Part shown: in pieces, positions 9,220 to 17,639 of the stretch
How the letters are laid out: each line of letters opens with the position of its first letter
Position numbering within the stretch: the first letter of the stretch is position 1
NCBI GenBank assembly: GCA_031372565.1
Contig: JANMLN010000088.1
Span: 1-19,341 of the forward strand
Length of the DNA stretch: 19,341 nt
Direction: 5' to 3'
DNA from: Gemmatimonadota bacterium
GTDB taxonomy: Bacteria; Gemmatimonadota; Gemmatimonadetes; Gemmatimonadales; Gemmatimonadaceae
Program-made: the position numbers and the translations under genes
The notes under the pieces: generated by a model
What the model saw: the letters and a program-made list of their open reading frames with translations, nothing else
The model's database searches: none
What the model was told of the DNA's origin: nothing

Positions 9220-10955
9220 GCCCGCCGACGGTGGCGGCCCCCTCGCGCCGCCCCCGCCCACGCTGGGTGGCGGCACCTGCGCCACGCGCCGACGATGTTC
9301 GTGCGCTCGCCGCTGCCCTCTCGCTGCCCGATGTCATCGCGCGGCTGCTGATCGCGCGGGGCTTCGACGACGCCGACACGGCCAAGGAGTTCCTCCGGCC
9401 GCGGCTTGAGCGGTTGCATCCGCCGGAGGCAATGGGCGGCCTGACCGTGGCCGTGGAACGGCTGCAACGCGCGCTGCGCAACGACGAGATGATCATGGTC
9501 CACGGCGACTACGACGTCGACGGGATCTGTTCGACCACGCTGCTCACGCGCGTGTTGCGTCAGGCCGGTGGTCGCGTGACGCCGTTCATTCCGAACCGGC
9601 TCACCGACGGCTACGACCTGACGATGGTCGGCGTGCGCGCGGCCGAGGCGTGCGGGGCCAAGGTGGTCGTGACCGCCGACTGCGGCACGAGTGCGGTGGC
9701 GCCCATCGCGGCGCTGAACACGCGCGGCATCGACGTCATCATCACCGACCATCACCTGCCGGGCGGACCGTTACCCGCGGCGCTCGCGGTGCTCAACCCG
9801 CGTGCGCCGGGCAATGGGTATCCGGACCCCGACCTCGCGGCCGTGGGGGTCGCGTTCAAGCTCGCCCTGGCCATCGCGCGCGCCGTCGGGGTGGGGGATG
9901 CATTCGTCTATCGCATGCTCGATCTCGTGGCGCTGGCGACGATCGCCGACGTGGCGCCGCTGCGCGGGGAGAATCGCCTCTTCGCGCGCTATGGGCTCAA
10001 GCTGATGGCCGAGAGTGATCACGCCGGCATTCGGTCACTCATTCGCGCAGCGGCGCTCGATGGCAAGCCGATGACAGCGGGGCGCGTCGGCTTCATCCTC
10101 GCCCCGCGCCTCAACGCCGTGGGACGGCTGGGCTCGGCGCTGCGCGGCGTGGAACTGTTGCTGGCCGAGAGCGAGGCGGAAGCCAACCCGATCGCGCGAG
10201 AGCTCGAAGAACTCAATCGTGCTCGGCAGGACCTTGATCGCAACACGCTGGAGCAAGCGCGGGCCATGGTCGCGCGCCTGGACCTGGACGAGACGTACGG
10301 CCTCGTGCTCGCGGGCGAAGGGTGGCACGCGGGCGTCATCGGCATCGTGGCATCGCGCATCGTGGAAGACACCGGACGGCCCGCCCTGCTCATCGCCCTC
10401 GAGAATGGACAGGGGAAGGGAAGCGGGCGCTCGATTTCCGCCTTCGACCTGCACGGAGCACTCGGCCAGTGCGCGGATCTCCTCATCCGGTATGGCGGGC
10501 ACCGTGCGGCGGCCGGCGTCACGGTGGACGCCGCACAGGTGAGCGCGTTGGCGGACCGGTTCAACGCGGTCGCGCGTGCGCAGCTCACCATCGACGATCT
10601 CGTGCCGGAACTTCGCATTGACGCCGAGCTCAGCCTCGACGACGGCACGCCGGCGCTCGAGAAGCTGCTGTCGCACTTCGAACCGTTCGGCGTCGGCAAC
10701 GCCGGACCGACCTTCGCCGCGCGTGGCGTCCGCCTGATCGGCACACCACGATCGATCGGGAAGGACGGGCTGCGCTTCCGGTTCGCCACGGCCACTGGCG
10801 AGTTCCCCGGCATCGGGTGGGGACTGGCGCATCTGGCGCCCTCGCTCGCGGATGGCGACATCGTGGACGTCGCCTGGAAGCTGGAGCGCGACGAGTATCG
10901 CGGCGACAGCACGCTCCAGGCCAAGGTGGTCGACATCCGGCCCGCTGGCGCGTGA
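9216..10955 (+). CDS. recJ: Single-stranded-DNA-specific exonuclease RecJ
   Basis: DHH motifs GDYDVDG, TADCG and ITDHH, plus ATIADVAPL, APRLNAVGR, GSGRS, GGHRAAAG and EPFGVGN. GTGA overlap with the upstream gene. Confidence 0.96.
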   Translation: MSPPTVAAPSRRPRPRWVAAPAPRADDVRALAAALSLPDVIARLLIARGFDDADTAKEFLRPRLERLHPPEAMGGLTVAVERLQRALRNDEMIMVHGDYDVDGICSTTLLTRVLRQAGGRVTPFIPNRLTDGYDLTMVGVRAAEACGAKVVVTADCGTSAVAPIAALNTRGIDVIITDHHLPGGPLPAALAVLNPRAPGNGYPDPDLAAVGVAFKLALAIARAVGVGDAFVYRMLDLVALATIADVAPLRGENRLFARYGLKLMAESDHAGIRSLIRAAALDGKPMTAGRVGFILAPRLNAVGRLGSALRGVELLLAESEAEANPIARELEELNRARQDLDRNTLEQARAMVARLDLDETYGLVLAGEGWHAGVIGIVASRIVEDTGRPALLIALENGQGKGSGRSISAFDLHGALGQCADLLIRYGGHRAAAGVTVDAAQVSALADRFNAVARAQLTIDDLVPELRIDAELSLDDGTPALEKLLSHFEPFGVGNAGPTFAARGVRLIGTPRSIGKDGLRFRFATATGEFPGIGWGLAHLAPSLADGDIVDVAWKLERDEYRGDSTLQAKVVDIRPAGA

Positions 10956-11488
10956 GCACGCTGCGGATCGTTGGGGGGCGCTGGCGGGGCCGCCGGATCA
11001 AGGCGCCCGCGGGTGACACGCTGCGCCCGACCCGTGACCGGGTGCGTGAAGCGTGGATGAGCATCGTGCAGGGCGCGATCCCCGGCGCCGTCGCGGCCGA
11101 CCTCTTCGCCGGCACGGGGGCGCTCGGCCTCGAGGCGCTCTCGCGTGGAGCGTCGAGTGTCGAGTTTGTGGAGCTGGCCCCGCCGTCGCTCGTGCTCTTG
11201 CGTGAGAACCTCGCGCTGTTGGGCGTCGATCCAGCCGAAGCCGTGGTGACGCGCGCCGATGCCCTGCGCGTGGCGGCCGACCGGTCGCTCGATCCCTGGG
11301 ACTTGGCTTTCGCCGACCCGCCCTACAACCAGGGGCTCGCCACGCAGCTCGCCGCACGCTGGCTGGAGGCGCCGTTCGCACGCATCTTGGGGCTGGAACA
11401 CGACGTGCTCGAGCCCTTGCCCGGGGCGCACGATACGCGAACATACGGCGTCACGGCGCTGTCGTTCTTCTTTGCCGCTCGCGCCTGA
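10952..11488 (+). CDS. rsmD: 16S rRNA m2G966 methyltransferase (RsmD family)
   Basis: LRIVGGRWRGRRI, RPTRDRVREA, DLFAGTGALGLEALSRGA and DPPY. Start at the GTGA overlap with recJ. Canonical rsmD-coaD pair. Confidence 0.92.
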   Translation: MSTLRIVGGRWRGRRIKAPAGDTLRPTRDRVREAWMSIVQGAIPGAVAADLFAGTGALGLEALSRGASSVEFVELAPPSLVLLRENLALLGVDPAEAVVTRADALRVAADRSLDPWDLAFADPPYNQGLATQLAARWLEAPFARILGLEHDVLEPLPGAHDTRTYGVTALSFFFAARA

Positions 11489-11525
11489 TGTCCGCCGCTC
11501 CGCTGCCCACCCGAGGACTCGACGC

Positions 11526-12020
11526 ATGACCGCTGCACGCCGTACCGCGCTGCTCGCCGGCAGCTTTGACCCATTCACGCGCGGTCACGAGGATCTGCTG
11601 CGCCGCGCCCTCGTGTTCTCGGATGCCATCATCGTTGGCGTCGCCGCGAACAGCGCCAAGAACGCGATGTTCTCGGCCGACGAGCGCGTCGCCCTCGTGC
11701 GCGAGGTCATGGCGGCCGAGCCGCGTGTGACGGTCCGCCAGCTCGACGGACGGTTGCTCGTGGACGTCGCCCGGGAGGTCGGCGCCACGCTGCTTGTGCG
11801 CGGGCTCCGCGGCGTCACCGATTTCGACTACGAGTACCAGATGGGGATGATGAACCGGCATCTGTCGCCGGGGCTGGAGACGATCTTCCTCCTGCCCTCG
11901 CATGCCACGTCGTTCATCAGCTCCACGCTGGTCCGGGAGATTGGCCATCTGGGGGGGGACATCAGCGAGCTGGTGCATCCCGCCGTGGCCGCAGCCCTCG
12001 CCCGCAAGCGCGCAGGATGA
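11526..12020 (+). CDS. coaD: Phosphopantetheine adenylyltransferase
   Basis: GSFDPFTRGH, VRGLRGVTDFDYE and SFISSTLVREI. GAGGA upstream of ATG 11526. Confidence 0.96.
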   Translation: MTAARRTALLAGSFDPFTRGHEDLLRRALVFSDAIIVGVAANSAKNAMFSADERVALVREVMAAEPRVTVRQLDGRLLVDVAREVGATLLVRGLRGVTDFDYEYQMGMMNRHLSPGLETIFLLPSHATSFISSTLVREIGHLGGDISELVHPAVAAALARKRAG

Positions 12021-12078
12021 CATTTTTGGGAGGTCCCAGTTACCGGGCCGCCGCGTTTTCCCCAGCAGAGGATGGTGT

Positions 12079-12411
12079 ATGAGCTTCACGATCGCCAAGT
12101 CGGGCGACATCACGCTGGTCGAGGTCGAAGGGCAGCTGATCGTGGGCAACCGACAAGAGCTCAAGCAGCGCGTCCTCGAGGAGTTGGAGCACGGGGAGCG
12201 CCAGTTCCTGATCGACTTTGCGCGCACCGGCTACATCGACAGTTCCGGGCTGGGCGTGCTGGTGTCGCTCTCGAAGAAGATCCGCGAGATCGGTGGTGAG
12301 CTGCGGCTGGCCAACCTCAACGACGACCTGCGGACCCTGTTCGAGCTCACCAAGCTCGATACGCTGTTCCAGATCGCCGACACGCGCGAGCGCGCGCTGG
12401 AATCATTCTGA
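12079..12411 (+). CDS. STAS-domain anti-sigma factor antagonist (RsbV/SpoIIAA-like)
   Basis: 110 aa with YIDSSGLGVLV (conserved phosphoacceptor Ser motif) and LFELTKLD. GAGGA upstream of ATG 12079. Confidence 0.92.
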   Translation: MSFTIAKSGDITLVEVEGQLIVGNRQELKQRVLEELEHGERQFLIDFARTGYIDSSGLGVLVSLSKKIREIGGELRLANLNDDLRTLFELTKLDTLFQIADTRERALESF

Positions 12412-12428
12412 GCGACGACCGCAGCACC

Positions 12429-12842
12429 ATGCGAGTGGCGCTCGAGATGGCCGTCCCGAGCGACGTGGCCCAGATCGAACGGGTCGTCGCACGGGTCGTC
12501 GCCACCTGCGCCGATTTGCACGTCCCAGCCAGGCAGTTGCACTTCAACGTCCCGGTAGCGCTCACCGAAGCGCTCTCGAACGCGATCCTCTACGGCCACG
12601 CCGATCAGGGCCCGAGCCACGTGACCATTCGCGCGGGGATGCGCGACAAGGCGCTGGTCCTCGAAGTGGCGGACGAGGGGCCGGGCTTCGACCTCGACGC
12701 CTGCACGCGTGACCCCACCGCGCCCGAGAATCTCGAGCGCGAGGATGGACGTGGCCTCTTTCTCATGCGGCGCCTGATGGACCGCGTGGAACGCGACGGG
12801 GGGCAGGGGAACGTCGTGCGCATGGTGCTGGAGCTCCCATGA
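12429..12842 (+). CDS. Anti-sigma factor / Ser-Thr kinase (RsbW/SpoIIAB-like, HATPase_c_2)
   Basis: N-box EALSNAILYG, G1 box DEGPGFD, G2 box GRGLFLMRRLMD. Flanked by STAS and PP2C genes. Confidence 0.9.
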   Translation: MRVALEMAVPSDVAQIERVVARVVATCADLHVPARQLHFNVPVALTEALSNAILYGHADQGPSHVTIRAGMRDKALVLEVADEGPGFDLDACTRDPTAPENLEREDGRGLFLMRRLMDRVERDGGQGNVVRMVLELP

Positions 12843-14434
12843 ACGGGCTCCGGGACGTCTTCGTCGCGTTCCGGACCGCGTGCAACTGTCCCGTGAGCCT
12901 CTGGCGCGAGGACGCGGCAGGCATCGCCTGCCTCGCGCATGACGCGGACGCGCTCCCCGATGTGCCGCCGCCCGGTGTGCGCGGAGCCGACCGCACGGAG
13001 TGGAAGGCGCGAACGGGCGAGGTGCGGGTCGTCGTGCCCGTCGAAGGCCTGCCCGCGACCTGGTTGGTGGTCGGGCCGCACAAGGGGACGCGTGCGCAGC
13101 TGGAGGGCTGGAGCGCCTTTCTGGCTCCCGTCGTCCGCCAGTCCGTCGCGTCCGGGCGCGAGCTCGAGCAGGCGGCCCGCGAGTTGGCCGAGCGCTACGA
13201 GGAGATCAATCTCCTGTACACGATCAACGAGATCCTCGGTCGGACCGTTGCGCTCGACGAGGCCGCGCAGATCATCCTCCGCGAACTGCTCGATACCGTT
13301 GGCGCGCGCCGTGGTGCGCTGCTGGTGCACGACATCGCAGGCGCGCAACTCGTGGCCGTCGCGACGGTCGGCATCGATGATCGGGAGCTGCCCCCCGTAC
13401 CGCTCGACGACTCCCACAGCGTTGCCGCACGCGTCTTCGGGAGCCATCAGGCCATGATCGCGGGACGTGAGCAACCCGGCTCCGAGGCCGAGGGACCCGT
13501 GCGCCGAGGCGAGATGCTCGCCGTGCCGATTCTCTGGACCGCGCCGGGTGGCGGCGACCAACCGCCGTTGGGCGTCGTCGTGCTCAGTGACCGCAAGGCA
13601 CGCGCACCGTTCAGTGCGGGCGACCAGAAGCTGGTCACGGCCGTGGCCACGCAGATCGGCACCGCCATCCAGAATGCCAGGCTCGTGCGCGATTCGCTCT
13701 CGCAAGAGCGCCTCCAGCACGAGATGGCGCTGGCGCATGATCTGCAGATGAAGATGTTGCCCGATACCTCCATCGTGGCGCCGATCGCCCAGGTGGGGGC
13801 GCGCGTCGCCCCCGCCGAGGACGTGGGCGGTGACTTCTACAACCTCTTTCGGCTCGGTCCAAACCGCGTGGGGGCGATGGTCGGCGACGTGTCGAGCCAC
13901 GGCTATCGCGCCGCGCTCATCATGGCCTTGGCCATGAGTGCTGCCACCATCCACGCCCCGCGCACCACGGACCCGGGCGAGGTGCTGCAGCTCATGTTCG
14001 CCGCGCTCGACGAAGAACTCGAGCGCACCGAGATGTACTTGAGCGTGTTCTACGGCGTGGTCGATCGACGCGCGCAGACGCTGCGGTGGGCCAATGCGGG
14101 TCACCCGCACGCCTTCATCATCGACGAAGATGGCGATGCCGAGCGGTTGCCGGCGCTCGATCCACCACTCGGGATGGGCGAGACCTTTCCGCGCTCGAAG
14201 ACGCGTCCGTGGGGCGTTGGCACCCATCTGCTGTTGCTCTTCACCGACGGCGTGTCGGATGCGCGCGATCGGAAGGATCGCCGCTTCGGTGAGGAGATGG
14301 TGCTCGAACTGGTGCGCAAGCACCGCAAGCGTCCCGTCGACGAAATCGTGGACGAGGTGTTCGGCGCGGTGGCCAAGCATGTCGGTCGCGTACCGTCGCG
14401 CGACGATCGCACGCTGCTCATCCTGCGGAGCTGA
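12839..14434 (+). CDS. GAF-domain SpoIIE/PP2C Ser phosphatase (RsbU-like)
   Basis: GAF-like core (LAVPI...LGVVVL...FSAGDQKLVTAVATQIGTAIQNARL), then PP2C motifs LQMKMLP, VGGDFY, GDVSSHG, ANAGH, FTDGV and DDRT. ATGA overlap with the kinase gene. Confidence 0.9.
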   Translation: MNGLRDVFVAFRTACNCPVSLWREDAAGIACLAHDADALPDVPPPGVRGADRTEWKARTGEVRVVVPVEGLPATWLVVGPHKGTRAQLEGWSAFLAPVVRQSVASGRELEQAARELAERYEEINLLYTINEILGRTVALDEAAQIILRELLDTVGARRGALLVHDIAGAQLVAVATVGIDDRELPPVPLDDSHSVAARVFGSHQAMIAGREQPGSEAEGPVRRGEMLAVPILWTAPGGGDQPPLGVVVLSDRKARAPFSAGDQKLVTAVATQIGTAIQNARLVRDSLSQERLQHEMALAHDLQMKMLPDTSIVAPIAQVGARVAPAEDVGGDFYNLFRLGPNRVGAMVGDVSSHGYRAALIMALAMSAATIHAPRTTDPGEVLQLMFAALDEELERTEMYLSVFYGVVDRRAQTLRWANAGHPHAFIIDEDGDAERLPALDPPLGMGETFPRSKTRPWGVGTHLLLLFTDGVSDARDRKDRRFGEEMVLELVRKHRKRPVDEIVDEVFGAVAKHVGRVPSRDDRTLLILRS

Positions 14435-14435
14435 G

Positions 14436-15281
14436 GTGGCACACCGGCCCCACCGCGGCCCGGGTGCCAACCGCCCCGCGGCGCTCCCACCGGCACGCAA
14501 GTCGCTCGGGCAGCACTTTCTGCGCGACGGGAAGGTGCTCGACCGGATCGCGGGCGCGCTTGAACTGACGGGGAGCGAAACCGTCATCGAGATCGGCCCC
14601 GGCCGCGGCGCGCTGACCGACCGGCTGGCCGATCGCGCAGGGCGGCTCATCGCCATCGAACTGGATCGCGCGCTCATTCCCGTCTTGCGCGCGCGCTACG
14701 CAGGGCGGGCCAACGTGATGATCGCCGAAGGGGACGTGCTCACCTTCGACCTGGCCGCGCTGGCGCAGGGGCCGTATCGATTGGCGGGCAACGTGCCGTA
14801 TTACATCACGACGCCGATTCTCTTTCACGCCCTCAAGGCACCACGTCCCGAGCGCGCGGTCTTCCTCGTGCAGCGAGAAGTGGCGGAGCGCATGGCGGCC
14901 GCCCCCGATACCGACGCATACGGTGCCCTGAGCGTGAACCTGCAGGCACTCGCATCGGCCGAGACGACCATGATCGTGAAGCCGGGCGCATTCGAACCGC
15001 CGCCCAAGGTCGACTCGGCCATCGTGCGCGTCGTGCCGCGCGCCGAACCGTTGGTGACGGCCGAGGAAGAGACACCGTTCTCGAGGTTCGTCATCGCCTG
15101 CTTTGCGCAGCGACGCAAGCAGTTGGCTCGCACGTTGCGCACCGTGGCGGCCTTCGAGGCCGACAGCGCACGCACCCTGCTGGAGGGGGTGGGGATCGAC
15201 CCGACGGCGCGCGCCGAAACGTTGTCGCCGGAGCGGTTTGTCGCACTGTACCGCGCCGTGGCCGCGGGTCGTGCGTCGTGA
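14436..15281 (+). CDS. rsmA: 16S rRNA m6,2A1518/1519 dimethyltransferase (KsgA)
   Basis: KSLGQHFL, EIGPGRGALT, AIELD, GNVPYYITTPI, QREVAER, FEPPPKVDSA and FAQRRK. Start placed at GTG 14436. Confidence 0.95.
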   Translation: MAHRPHRGPGANRPAALPPARKSLGQHFLRDGKVLDRIAGALELTGSETVIEIGPGRGALTDRLADRAGRLIAIELDRALIPVLRARYAGRANVMIAEGDVLTFDLAALAQGPYRLAGNVPYYITTPILFHALKAPRPERAVFLVQREVAERMAAAPDTDAYGALSVNLQALASAETTMIVKPGAFEPPPKVDSAIVRVVPRAEPLVTAEEETPFSRFVIACFAQRRKQLARTLRTVAAFEADSARTLLEGVGIDPTARAETLSPERFVALYRAVAAGRAS

Positions 15282-15303
15282 CGTTGTCGGCTAGCTTCGC
15301 CTG

Positions 15304-15954
15304 ATGCCCATCGCACCCGAGACCCGCCTCGTGGATCACGTCTGGACCGTGGTCGATGTCGAGACAACCGGCGGTCAGCCCGGATCGGGCGACAGGATCA
15401 CGGAGTTCGCCGGCGTGGTGGTGCAGGGCGGGCGCATCGTCGAGCAGTACGCGTCCCTCGTGCAGCCGGGGCGCAGCATCCCGCCGTTCATCGTGCAGCT
15501 CACCGGGATCAGCGATCGGATGGTGGCCGATGCCCCACGCTTCGCCGAGATCGCGCCGCGGGTGGCGGAGCTGATCGGGCGCGGCACGTTCGTCGCGCAC
15601 AACGCGCCGTTCGACTGGAATTTTGTCAACTCCGAGCTGAGCTGGGCGGGGCTGTCACCGGACAGTGAGGCCACGCGCGTCTGCACCGTGCGACTCGCAC
15701 GTCGCCTCTTGCGCGAGCTCCCTCGGCGATCGCTCGACTTCGTGTGCCATCACTACGGCATTGCGATCGAAGGGCGCCACCGTGCACTCGGTGATGCCGC
15801 CGCAACGGCGCATGTGCTCCTGCGCTTCATCGACGAACTCGGGCGCCAAGGGGTCGATACCTGGGGCGACCTCGACGACTACCTCGCGCGGCGCACCAAT
15901 CGCCGCAAGCGGAGCGCCCTGCCGCGCTCCACCGACGACACCTTTGCTGCCTGA
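15304..15954 (+). CDS. DEDDh 3'-5' exonuclease (DnaQ/Pol III epsilon-like)
   Basis: Exo I DVETTG, Exo II AHNAPFD, Exo III HRALGDA. Confidence 0.9.
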   Translation: MPIAPETRLVDHVWTVVDVETTGGQPGSGDRITEFAGVVVQGGRIVEQYASLVQPGRSIPPFIVQLTGISDRMVADAPRFAEIAPRVAELIGRGTFVAHNAPFDWNFVNSELSWAGLSPDSEATRVCTVRLARRLLRELPRRSLDFVCHHYGIAIEGRHRALGDAAATAHVLLRFIDELGRQGVDTWGDLDDYLARRTNRRKRSALPRSTDDTFAA

Positions 15955-15960
15955 CCTGCC

Positions 15961-16833
15961 ATGACTGCACCGCTTCCGCTCCTCCAGACCACGAAGCTCG
16001 GCAACTGGACGACGCACCTGATCCAGGCGGGGGGCCAGCAGCTCGATGGCGGCGCGATGTTCGGGATCGTTCCCAAGCCGCTCTGGTCGAAGCGCATCAC
16101 CGCGGACGAACGGAACCGGATCCCGATGGGAATGCGCACCATGCTGATCGAGCACGAGATCGGGCTGATCCTGGTGGACTGCGGTGCCGGCAACAAGGAG
16201 GACGACAAGTTCTACAGTATCTACGGCATCGAGCCTGCGGGGCGCGAGGGCTTCACGGCGGTGGAAGCCGGCATCACCGCGGCGGGTCACTCGGTGAACG
16301 ACGTGAAGCTCGTGATCAACACGCACCTCCACTTCGATCACGCCGGCGGCAACACGACACGTGATGCGCAGGGCGTGGTGCGACCGAGCTTCCCGAACGC
16401 GCGCTACGTCGTGCAGCAGGGGGAGTACCATTACGCGACGCACACCAACGAGCGCACCGCGGGCTCGTACTTCGACCACAACTTCGTGCCGATCGCGGAG
16501 GCGGGGCTGTTCGATTTCGTCGACGGCGACGTCGAGATCGTGCCGGGAGTGCATCTGCGCCGCACGCCGGGTCACGTGCCGCACCACCAGAGCGTGGTGC
16601 TCGCGGGTGACGTGCCGGCGATCTTTCTGGCCGATGTGATTCCCACGGCGCATCACCTGCCGCTGGCGTGGATCATGGGATACGACGTGGAGCCGTTGCT
16701 GACGCTCGAGAGCAAGCGGCAGCTGCTGACGCGCGCGGTCGCGGACGAGTGGACGCTCGTGTTCGAGCACGATGCGCACACGGCGATGGGGCGCGTCGTG
16801 CACGACGGGAAGTCGTACGCGTTGAAGGGGTAG
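15961..16833 (+). CDS. Metallo-beta-lactamase-fold hydrolase (YtnP-like)
   Basis: LDGGAMFGIVPKPLW, THLHFDHAGG (HxHxDH), PGH, ADVIPT, MGYD and FEHD. Confidence 0.9.
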   Translation: MTAPLPLLQTTKLGNWTTHLIQAGGQQLDGGAMFGIVPKPLWSKRITADERNRIPMGMRTMLIEHEIGLILVDCGAGNKEDDKFYSIYGIEPAGREGFTAVEAGITAAGHSVNDVKLVINTHLHFDHAGGNTTRDAQGVVRPSFPNARYVVQQGEYHYATHTNERTAGSYFDHNFVPIAEAGLFDFVDGDVEIVPGVHLRRTPGHVPHHQSVVLAGDVPAIFLADVIPTAHHLPLAWIMGYDVEPLLTLESKRQLLTRAVADEWTLVFEHDAHTAMGRVVHDGKSYALKG

Positions 16834-16998
16834 CGTCGGCGGATCATTTCCGTGCGACACGGCGGTTGCCAAGTCGCAACGCACGACGCGAAAGACTACG
16901 GGTAGCCCTGCAAGGGTGCGGTTACCTGAATGCGCAGAGTGTATGCGATGCTCGTTCATGCATCCCACTTGCGCATCACCCGCCGCCGAGACGACACT

Positions 16999-17544
16999 AT
17001 GCTCATGCCCGCCCGTCAATATTGGACGTCCGACATGGTTCGCGCGCTGCCCCCAGATGGCAAGCGGTACGAATGCGTGTACGGAGAACTGCTCGTGAGC
17101 CCAAGCCCACGCGTGCTGCATCAGGTGGTGCTCGGGCGCCTGTATCTCGCGGTCGCACAGCACGTGCAGGTGCACGGGGCTACGATTGCGTTGTTTTCCC
17201 CGTCCGACATCAGTTGGCGGCCTGACTCACTCGTGCAGCCCGACCTGTTCGTGGTCCCGGTGGACGAAGCGCGGACGGGGTGGACCGCCATGCGCTCGCT
17301 GTCGCTTGTCATTGAAGTCGTGAGCCCATCCACGGCGCGGTACGATCGCTTTACCAAGCGTGTGCTGTACCAGCGTGAAGGGGTGAACACGTACTGGATT
17401 GTGGACCCCAAGTCAGCACAGGTCGAGGTCTGGACGCCGAGCGACCGCTCACCGACCGTCGTGACGGATGAGCTGTGCTGGCGCGCGCCCGGCGAGTCCA
17501 GCGAGCTGGTCATTTCGCTCGCGTCGCTGTTCGCGCCGTTCTGA
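16999..17544 (+). CDS. Uma2-family PD-(D/E)xK endonuclease-like protein
   Basis: LPPDGKRYECVYGELLVSPSP, H, QPDLFV, IEVVSPST, DRFTKRVLY and YWIVDP. Start is probably ATG 16999 or 17005, not 16930. Confidence 0.88.
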   Translation: MLMPARQYWTSDMVRALPPDGKRYECVYGELLVSPSPRVLHQVVLGRLYLAVAQHVQVHGATIALFSPSDISWRPDSLVQPDLFVVPVDEARTGWTAMRSLSLVIEVVSPSTARYDRFTKRVLYQREGVNTYWIVDPKSAQVEVWTPSDRSPTVVTDELCWRAPGESSELVISLASLFAPF

Positions 17545-17611
17545 GTGCGTGTGACCCGGGGAAGGTGATGCCAGTTCACTGATGGCGCTGCGCTGCCGTT
17601 CACTTCCGCCG

Positions 17612-17639
17612 CGCGTGCTTACCGCGTGCTTACCGCGTG
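17612..17639. repeat. 11-bp tandem repeat (CGCGTGCTTAC x2.5) spanning the M20 peptidase stop codon
   Basis: CGCGTGCTTAC 17612-17622, CGCGTGCTTAC 17623-17633, CGCGTG 17634-17639. Confidence 0.85.

Noticed and set aside
12017..12078. Internal promoter for the partner-switching module (ATGACA; TGGGA-GG-TCCCA palindrome)
   Set aside because: No convincing -10 element or SigB/SigF-type motif, and the palindrome is too short to be meaningful.
6523..14435. Extended N-termini in the ORF track for dnaG (6523), rsmD (10817), coaD (11259), STAS (11902) and rsmA (14094)
   Set aside because: The extensions overlap upstream genes and family homology begins at the downstream starts, which have SD or stop-start coupling support.
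16851..16928. Canonical c-di-GMP-I riboswitch
   Set aside because: Only a partial 3'-half resemblance. The GGCAAAC and GAAA-capped stem are missing, so it is kept only as an unassigned structured region.
16930..16976. Integron attC site (bulged hairpin next to an accessory gene)
   Set aside because: Lacks flanking RYYYAAC/GTTRRRY core sites. There is no integrase or cassette array.
519..17175. Many long antisense and alternate-frame ORFs (e.g. 519-1682, 1373-3169, 7570-9021, 10019-11578, 12605-14677, 15655-17175 on -)
   Set aside because: They are shadows of well-supported + strand genes in high-GC DNA, have Arg/Pro/Ala-rich composition and show no family motifs.
15304..17544. Anti-phage defence system made of exonuclease + MBL hydrolase + Uma2 nuclease
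   Set aside because: The exonuclease and MBL look like ordinary DnaQ-like and YtnP-like members contiguous with the housekeeping run. Uma2 is separated by 165 bp, and there is no mobile or defence context.
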